Source: Acidobacteriota bacterium
GTDB lineage: Bacteria > Acidobacteriota > Vicinamibacteria > Vicinamibacterales > UBA2999
Length of the DNA stretch: 64,000 nt
NCBI GenBank assembly: GCA_947482665.1
Contig: CANKJK010000005.1
Location: forward strand, 222 to 64,221
Direction of reading: 5' to 3'
The position numbers and the translations under genes are program-made. Numbering within the stretch: position 1 is the first letter of the stretch; each line of letters begins with the position of its first letter. The notes under the pieces are model-generated. The model was not told the DNA's origin, did not search any database, and saw nothing but the letters and a program-made list of their open reading frames with translations. Positions 57,877 to 64,000 of this stretch are shown here, in pieces.

Positions 57877-58891
57877 GCGGCGCGCCTCCCGGGACTTGCC
57901 GGATCGCCCGATCGAATCGCTTCTCCCGTACCTTCAGTCCCAGCCAGCGCGGCTCCATCACGCGCCACAACGTGCCCGCCGACCCGGCGACGGCCGTGCG
58001 CTGCACCTCCCTGCGCTGGCGCCAGACGCGCGGCAGATCCCGGAGCGCCGCGTACTTGGCCCCGAGATACGCGCCCAGCAGACCCATCCGCGCGAAGTGC
58101 GCCGCGGCGGCCAGGTCGTAGATGACGTGTGAGACACAGGTCCGCCAGAGCAGCCGCGCCGGCGTGTTCTTGAGGTAGACCCACTCCAGATTCCGTTGAC
58201 CGTGGAAGACCGCGTGACCACTGGAGCGGCCCAGCGTGGCGCTGCCACGGTGCAGGACGACGGCATCCGCCACATAGCGGCACCGGTACCCGCGCAGGCG
58301 GGCCCGATAGGACAGATCCACATCCTCATGCGAGGCGAAGAACGCATCGTCGAAGCCGCCAAGGTCACGGAAGAGCGACGTGGGGAGGAGACACGCGGCG
58401 CCACAGACGCCAAAGACCTCGCGCGACACCAGCGCGCGCGACACCGGCTCGCCGTGTCCGTGCTTGAAGGCGCCACCCGCCCGGGTGAATCCGTCGCCGG
58501 CGCTGTCCAGCACGTCTGGCGTGTCCATGTAGACGACGCGGGAGCTGACGAGCGCGAAGCCCTCCGTGAGATCGACTCCGGCACGCAGCCGTGCCAGCCA
58601 ATCCGGCGCGACCTCCGTGTCGTTGTTCAGCAGCGCGACGTACTCGCCGCGCGCCTCGCGCACCCCCGCGTTGTTGCCGCCCGTGAAACCCGCGTTGGTC
58701 TCGAGCCTGACGAGTCTGACCCACGGATACGACTCGCCGACGAAGGCCGCGGTGCCATCGCTGGATCCGTTGTCCACGAGAATTGTCTCGAACGCGATGC
58801 CGCGCTGCGCCGCCACGGCGTCGAGGCACCGCGTCAGATGATGCCGCCCATTCCAGGACACGATGACGACGGAGACGGCCGGCCCACTCAT
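57869..58891 (-). CDS. Family 2 glycosyltransferase
   Basis: VSVVIVSWNGRHHL...ILVDNGSSDGT...NAGFTGGNNAG...ALLNNDTEV. Confidence 0.88.
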   Translation of the reverse strand: MSGPAVSVVIVSWNGRHHLTRCLDAVAAQRGIAFETILVDNGSSDGTAAFVGESYPWVRLVRLETNAGFTGGNNAGVREARGEYVALLNNDTEVAPDWLARLRAGVDLTEGFALVSSRVVYMDTPDVLDSAGDGFTRAGGAFKHGHGEPVSRALVSREVFGVCGAACLLPTSLFRDLGGFDDAFFASHEDVDLSYRARLRGYRCRYVADAVVLHRGSATLGRSSGHAVFHGQRNLEWVYLKNTPARLLWRTCVSHVIYDLAAAAHFARMGLLGAYLGAKYAALRDLPRVWRQRREVQRTAVAGSAGTLWRVMEPRWLGLKVREKRFDRAIRQVPGGAPHA

Positions 58892-59994
58892 CGCCGCGCC
58901 AGCTTCCGATAGACATCCATGGTCAGACGCGCCGTCCGCGCCCAGGTGAACTGCTCCGCCCGGGCGAGTCCCCGTCGCACCATCCCGTCGCGCAGGCCCG
59001 GCTCAGTGAGCAGCCGGCTCAGCGCACCGGCCCACGCATCCGCATCCTCGGGCTCAACCAGAAGCGCCGCGTCACCCGCCACCTCCGGGAGCGACGCCGC
59101 ACGGGACGCCACGACCGGCAAGCCGGCTGCCATCGCTTCGATCAGCGGAAACCCGAAGCCCTCGTAGCGGGAGGGATAGACCAGCACGACGGCACGCCGA
59201 TAGAGCGTCTGCAGGACGGCCTCGCTCACCGGGCCGAGTGCGACGACCCGCCCCGGTGCCAGCGACGAGAGCGCTGCCATCTCCCCATGGTCGACGCCGG
59301 CCAGAACCAGCGGAATCGCAGGGCCGCCGCGGCGCTCCAGCGCGCCGAGGGCCCGCAGCACGACATCCGGATTCCGTCGCGCGTGCACGTCACCCACGTG
59401 GAGGGCAAAGGGCTCCCGCACGCTGTCGGGAAGCGACACGGCCGCGATCGCACCGCTGACGCCAAACGCCTTTTCGACGCCCATGGGCACCACGGCAATG
59501 CGGTCCGCCGTAATCCCGTAGGCCGCCTGGATCTCGGAGGCCGAGAACTGCGAGGGCGTGATGATGGTTGCCGCGCGCTGCGCGCTCAGCCGGTAGTAGA
59601 AACGCCGGATGTGATCGCGTTCGTGCGGATACCACTCGGGATGCCTCGCGTAGGACACGTCGTGCACCGTGAGCACGACTGGCATCGCCGCCCGGAATGG
59701 CGCGGTGTAGGCGAGCGCGTGCAGCACATCCACGCGAGCCCGCCGTGCGGAGCGCGGCAGACCCACGAGCACCCAGCCAGGGTTGCCGGGCGGATGCCAT
59801 GCCTCGGGCTGATGAGCCACGCCTGCCGGCAGTGACTGCGGCCGGCCGCCGATGACCGTGACGGCCACATCGGTCTGCGCCGCCAGTGCCGTGGTGAGGC
59901 CCTCCGCGTAGCGCCGGATGCCCGCGGCCGGCGAGGTAAACGCACGGCCGTCGATGCCGACACGAAGCGGGGAGGCAGGAACGGGCGGGCTCAA
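58888..59994 (-). CDS. GT4-family (GT-B) glycosyltransferase
   Basis: The C-terminal half reads VYPSRYEGFGFPLIEAMAAGLPVVAS, which contains the EX7E motif. Confidence 0.88.
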   Translation of the reverse strand: MSPPVPASPLRVGIDGRAFTSPAAGIRRYAEGLTTALAAQTDVAVTVIGGRPQSLPAGVAHQPEAWHPPGNPGWVLVGLPRSARRARVDVLHALAYTAPFRAAMPVVLTVHDVSYARHPEWYPHERDHIRRFYYRLSAQRAATIITPSQFSASEIQAAYGITADRIAVVPMGVEKAFGVSGAIAAVSLPDSVREPFALHVGDVHARRNPDVVLRALGALERRGGPAIPLVLAGVDHGEMAALSSLAPGRVVALGPVSEAVLQTLYRRAVVLVYPSRYEGFGFPLIEAMAAGLPVVASRAASLPEVAGDAALLVEPEDADAWAGALSRLLTEPGLRDGMVRRGLARAEQFTWARTARLTMDVYRKLARR

Positions 59995-61787
59995 TCGATC
60001 TCGATACGGAGGCGACGAAGGGTCCGGCCGGAACGCGCCGCGATCTCCCGTGCCTGATCCTCACGGCCGACCGGAATGGAACGGGAACTCACCACGACCG
60101 TACCGGCCTTGTGCCGCTTGCACACGGCATCCAGGTCGGGGAGTCCTCCCTCGACGGGAACGCCGTCGATCCAGGTGCCGGTCTTCGCAGGATCGTCGTC
60201 GATAAACGCCACTGGCTTCATCGCCCAATCCGGATTCACTCGGAGTTCGCGGACCAGCAGCTGCCCGAACGACCCGGCGCCGTAGATGACCACACGACTG
60301 CTGCGCTTGCTTTTCACGGCCGCGGCCAGACTCATCGCGCGGAAGGACCCACGGGTCAGCACGACGGCCGTCGTCAACAACAGCGCGTCCAGCACGAACA
60401 CCGTCCGCGAAAAGCCCTGCATCCGATACACATAGGCCGCGACGAGCACGGAGAGGAGCGAGCCCATGCCGACACCGCGCAGCACGGCGCTGACATCCCG
60501 CAGTCCGAACGTCTGCCAGCTGCGGCGGTAGAGACCGGACGTGTAGAGCGACGCCAGCTTCAGCCCGAGGACGGCCGGTAGCGACGACCCAAAGAACGGC
60601 AGGAAGTGCACAAGCTGGTCGTCCGGAAACCGGAGCCAGTAGGCGAAGTAGTAGCAGGCGCTGATGAGAATGAGATCGAGGATGACCTCGCCGGCGTGCC
60701 ACCGGAAGGTCAGGTCTTTGATGAGCGGGGCATAGGAGGATTTTGCCAGCGCCGAGAAGTCCTGCGCGTTGTAGGCAGGTACCCGCGCCAGGAAGACTCC
60801 GAGCAGCATCAGGGACACCGCAAACAGCGCCACGGTCGGCAGCATGACGTCCTGGCTGCCCCGCGTCAGGCCCATGGCCACTGCCAGGCCGAGGAGGCCA
60901 ATCAGATAGAGCACGCGCACGGCGCTGCGTTCCGAAAGTCCGAGAGAGACGAGCCGGTGCGACACGTGATCGGTGCCGCCGCGGGTCGCGGGCCGGCCGG
61001 CCAGCCGCCGGAGTACCAGCACGAAGCTCGTATCGAGGAGCGGCATGACCAGAATGAGCACCGCGGTGAGCGACGGCCGGGCGAGGGTCTCGCCCGTGGC
61101 GAATACCGGCACCAGTGACGCGCCTGCGAGCACGGCACCGATGAAGAGGCTGCCGCAATCGCCCATGAACAACCGCGCGCGATGGCGGTTCCAGTAGAGA
61201 AAGCCGAGCAACGCCCCCGCCAGCGCCACGAGAAATCCACCGAGCACCGGACCCAACACGGTCCATTCCAACACCGCGAGGCCAGCGGCCGCGATCAGCC
61301 CGACACCAGCAGCCAGACCATCCATGTTGTCGAGCAGGTTCATCGCGTGGCAGACACCCGCGAACCAGACGACGGCGAGGAGGGTCCCGCCCAGGGGCAG
61401 GCCGCCCAGCCCCGTCCGCGCGAGGGCGAAGACCAGGAACGCGCCGGTGATGAGCGACCCGACCAGCTTCGCCAGCGGCGAGAGCTGCACGCGGTCATCG
61501 ACCAGGCCAAGCGCCCACATGGCCGCCCCGGCCAACGCCACCGGAGCCCAGACGCCAGGCCCATCTGAGGCAGGTATGAAGAGGAGACAGAGCGCGCCGA
61601 CCGCCGCCGCCAGCCCAATCGCAATGCCGCCCATCGTGGGCGTGGGCTGGTCATGCCACCGATCCGGACGCGGCGGCACAACGGCCCCGATGACCGGCGC
61701 AAGCCTCCGGACCGCCGCCCCGAGAAGCAGGGCGGTCAACGTGGCCACTCCAAAGGTGGCAGCGAGAGGGAGAGTGGTGGTCAGCAC
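59991..61787 (-). CDS. WecA/MraY-family polyprenyl-phosphate HexNAc-1-P transferase fused to a 4-TM + Rossmann (CapD/WbaP N-terminal-like) module
   Basis: N-terminal half: GLVDDRVQLSPLAKL, NLLDNMDGLAAG, FMGDCGSLFIG. C-terminal half: four further TM helices, then RVVIYGAGSFGQLLVRELRVNPDWAMKPVAFIDDDPAKTGTWIDGVPV. Confidence 0.8.
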   Translation of the reverse strand: MLTTTLPLAATFGVATLTALLLGAAVRRLAPVIGAVVPPRPDRWHDQPTPTMGGIAIGLAAAVGALCLLFIPASDGPGVWAPVALAGAAMWALGLVDDRVQLSPLAKLVGSLITGAFLVFALARTGLGGLPLGGTLLAVVWFAGVCHAMNLLDNMDGLAAGVGLIAAAGLAVLEWTVLGPVLGGFLVALAGALLGFLYWNRHRARLFMGDCGSLFIGAVLAGASLVPVFATGETLARPSLTAVLILVMPLLDTSFVLVLRRLAGRPATRGGTDHVSHRLVSLGLSERSAVRVLYLIGLLGLAVAMGLTRGSQDVMLPTVALFAVSLMLLGVFLARVPAYNAQDFSALAKSSYAPLIKDLTFRWHAGEVILDLILISACYYFAYWLRFPDDQLVHFLPFFGSSLPAVLGLKLASLYTSGLYRRSWQTFGLRDVSAVLRGVGMGSLLSVLVAAYVYRMQGFSRTVFVLDALLLTTAVVLTRGSFRAMSLAAAVKSKRSSRVVIYGAGSFGQLLVRELRVNPDWAMKPVAFIDDDPAKTGTWIDGVPVEGGLPDLDAVCKRHKAGTVVVSSRSIPVGREDQAREIAARSGRTLRRLRIEID

Positions 61788-61826
61788 GATACGGAGCCGC
61801 CCGCCGTCACCGGCGACAGGCCGGAC

Positions 61827-63548
61827 TCAGGCGTGCGTCGGTGCAGGCGTACGGGCAGCCCGTGTCCGGCCGACCACGTAGGGCTGCCGGTGCAGGATGC
61901 CGTCACAGATCGTATCCAATCCCGGGCTCGCGCCGGGCAGGAGTTGATCAAGGGAGGAGAGCTTCAACCGGAAGAGAGGATAGCCCGCTTTCGGCTCAAA
62001 GAAAGGCACTGGAATCATCCGGTTGAAGAAGAAGTGATAGGCGTACCGGCGAGCCCGGGCAAGCTGGTCGGCATCGAGACGGTTCGGGAACGGCAGCCGG
62101 TCGAGAAGCGTCCGGTACTCGTCCCGATTCGAGGCATCGAAGGTCAGCCCCTTGTTCCGGATCCACGCCTCTCCGGCGACGATGACAGGCTGCCCCACAC
62201 TGGTCAGCTCCACCCCCATCTTGGTGCCGTAGATGATGGCCGCGTTGCACAGAGACATCAGCGTGTAGCTGCTCATGCCGCTTTCAGGCGGCACCACGAA
62301 GATATTCGGTGCCAGCACGGGAATGTGCTTCCGGAGCTCCGCGAGAATCGGCTGCCTCGACGGCGGAAACCCGCTGACCTCGGCCGGGTGCACCCGGATG
62401 AGCAGTTGCAGGTCCGGCCGCCCGGCGAAGTATTCACAGGTCTCGACGAGCCAGTCGAGCATGGTCGGAAAGGCATTCGCCGGATAGTGCAGCTGGGCAT
62501 CCCAGCTCACATTCGTGAGGAGGCCGACAACCGGCTTCGCGGTGTCGAGACCCAACTCGCGCGCCAGGTCGTCCGGGCGCTGCCGCACGGCGCGATGAAA
62601 CACGATCCAGTCAAAGAGGCCTTCACGCCGGCTGGCGAGATAGTCCATCAGCTCACGCTCCTGGCCGTCGGACAGTGCCTGGTGCTCCCAGGCGTCGCGC
62701 GGCTCCGAGAGGAGCGTGTGATGGTAGGTGTCCTCATGGCTGAAGATGAAGCGCCGCTTCCGGTAGGCCACGTTCCACGTCGACACCGCTACGCCGGCGC
62801 GGCGGGCGACTTCGCTCAGCAAGCCCCACGGCACGTAGATCCCGTGCGTGACCACCATGGACGACACCGCGAGCGTCTCAAGGAGGCGCCCGGTCGCCGC
62901 GGCCGTCAGTATGGCGGCCTCGAGGTACCGCCGAAGAACGGCCTCGCCCTGCGGTTCATCGTCGAGCGACCCGGTCGCGAAGAACCGTAGCGCGCCCGCG
63001 AGCGCATGTTCGCCGACTGGTACGCCGCGCCAGACGGTGGCCCGGAGCTCCGAGCTCGGGCACCCACGTGACACACGCGAAGCCTCCTGCCGGTCGTCAG
63101 CCGTCAGATATTCGCTGTAGCGGTGTACGTGGATGCCGAGACGGCGATAGACACGCTCGGCTGGCCAGGTGCAATCCTGACAGAGGTCAGCGGCAGGTCC
63201 CCGCTCGGCGAAACGCCGGATGTCCGGATAGAGGGAGGCCTCGCACTCCGCGCAGGCCGGCAAGGCCCCGTCGCACAGCAGGACATGCGGTTCGGCACCA
63301 CGCAGCGTCAACGCCACTGCCAGGGCGCTCTCCAGCGAGACCGCGTGGGCCGTGGCACCGATCGAGGAGGCCAGCAGCACCTTCGGACCGCCGGCGGCGG
63401 CCCCCCTCGCCGCGCTCCACAGCGACGGTGCGGCCGTCAGCATCTCCGCCCAGTCCGGGTACGCGTGCCGCCGGGCGTAGTACCAGCGCCGGACCAGCCG
63501 GGTCATCCGCCACAGGCGCGGAAAGCGACGGATGAGGCCGCGTTTCAT
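61827..63548 (-). CDS. Capsule-polysaccharide-biosynthesis-like (KpsC/KpsS-type fold?) protein with Cys cluster
   Basis: Start trimmed to MKRGLIRRFPRLW (ATG is the complement of 63546-63548). A Cys cluster is present (LLCDGALPACAEC...LCQDCTW). IRVHPAE and IYGTKMGVE blocks are reminiscent of Capsule_synth proteins. The assignment is tentative. Confidence 0.45.
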   Translation of the reverse strand: MKRGLIRRFPRLWRMTRLVRRWYYARRHAYPDWAEMLTAAPSLWSAARGAAAGGPKVLLASSIGATAHAVSLESALAVALTLRGAEPHVLLCDGALPACAECEASLYPDIRRFAERGPAADLCQDCTWPAERVYRRLGIHVHRYSEYLTADDRQEASRVSRGCPSSELRATVWRGVPVGEHALAGALRFFATGSLDDEPQGEAVLRRYLEAAILTAAATGRLLETLAVSSMVVTHGIYVPWGLLSEVARRAGVAVSTWNVAYRKRRFIFSHEDTYHHTLLSEPRDAWEHQALSDGQERELMDYLASRREGLFDWIVFHRAVRQRPDDLARELGLDTAKPVVGLLTNVSWDAQLHYPANAFPTMLDWLVETCEYFAGRPDLQLLIRVHPAEVSGFPPSRQPILAELRKHIPVLAPNIFVVPPESGMSSYTLMSLCNAAIIYGTKMGVELTSVGQPVIVAGEAWIRNKGLTFDASNRDEYRTLLDRLPFPNRLDADQLARARRYAYHFFFNRMIPVPFFEPKAGYPLFRLKLSSLDQLLPGASPGLDTICDGILHRQPYVVGRTRAARTPAPTHA

Positions 63549-64000
63549 TCTCTCCGCGCCGGCTCCCCGGCCGCGTGCGCCGTGCTGATGAGCGCGAGGA
63601 AGTCGTCCGGCGCGGGCAGCTCGGCGCAACCATGCCACGGCCGATGCGACGTGAGCTCGTCGAGGTCATAGCCGCCAGTCGCCACCGCCAGTGTCCGCGC
63701 ACCAACCGCATTGGCGCATTCAATGTCGTGCGGCGTGTCGCCGATGACGATCGCCATCCCATCGGGCACTGGCCCTTCATCACGCGCGAGCGCGAGTGCC
63801 CGGGCCGCGATACCGGCGCGCGCCGTCGCGTCAACGCAGAACGCGCCACGCGACAGCAATTCCCACAGACCGTAGTGCGTCAGCTTGGCACGGGCGCCGG
63901 CCGCGGTGTTGCCGGTCAGCAGATACGACCGCACATCGGGCCGATCGTCGCGCAGGCGCTCGAGGATGGCCCGTACATTCGGCAGAACGACGCCGTCCTT
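63545..64000 (-). CDS. HAD-superfamily hydrolase (partial; 5' end beyond window)
   Basis: The frame stays open to position 64000 (KDGVVLPNVRAILERL...LLTGNTAAGARAKL...VIGDTPHDIECANAVGA). Its stop overlaps the next gene's start by 4 nt. Confidence 0.75.
   Translation of the reverse strand, partial: KDGVVLPNVRAILERLRDDRPDVRSYLLTGNTAAGARAKLTHYGLWELLSRGAFCVDATARAGIAARALALARDEGPVPDGMAIVIGDTPHDIECANAVGARTLAVATGGYDLDELTSHRPWHGCAELPAPDDFLALISTAHAAGEPARRE

Overview
A 64-kb, visibly GC-rich, gene-dense bacterial chromosomal segment. Gene content suggests Acidobacteriota or a similar soil phylum: CarboxypepD_reg-type TonB receptor, DUF1552, DUF4159, YXWGXW, and many secreted c-type cytochrome fusions. 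I cannot prove the taxon from sequence alone.

I found no tRNA or rRNA genes, CRISPR arrays, transposases, integrases or prophage genes. Most long ORFs antisense to real genes are GC artefacts.

Layout:
- 1-2967: str operon (rpsL-rpsG-fusA). fusA runs off the window and is missing from the ORF track.
- 3295-11054: same-strand block of secreted proteins of unknown function. It holds a PQQ-like propeller, Tat-DUF1552, an ankyrin protein, a dihaem cytochrome c, a CarboxypepD_reg-cytochrome c-propeller protein, and an internally deleted mini-paralog of the latter.
- 11105-36837: transporters (TauE, MFS, CPA2, Amt), a GGDEF cyclase, housekeeping genes (tkt, putA-like, cca, infA, DEAD helicase, glk), a FAAL-ACP-acyltransferase fusion and small stress proteins.
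- 36882-45410: TonB receptor, two cytochrome c proteins (one fused to DUF1080), a VOC protein and a 1176-aa GltD-like/PyrK-like fused flavoprotein.
- 45481-46467: thiS-thiG.
- 46464-64000: surface-glycan locus. It holds a methyltransferase, a Wzy/O-antigen-ligase-like protein, a sugar dehydrogenase, gmd, an RmlD-like reductase, GT2 x2, GT4, a WecA-like fusion, a capsule-synthesis-like protein and a HAD hydrolase, with a tandem DUF4159 pair embedded in the operon.

Most interesting candidates:
- the non-canonical DUF1552/ankyrin/cytochrome operon
- the giant Nfn-like fused flavoprotein with its cytochrome/DUF1080/VOC neighbours
- the ElbD-like FAAL-ACP-AGPAT enzyme with a divergent SDR
- the DUF4159 pair coupled to glycosyltransferases
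- the WecA plus 4TM-Rossmann chimera
- a recurrent pattern of -10 hexamers abutting start codons, implying leaderless mRNAs

All functional assignments come from reading motifs by eye. No database search was run.
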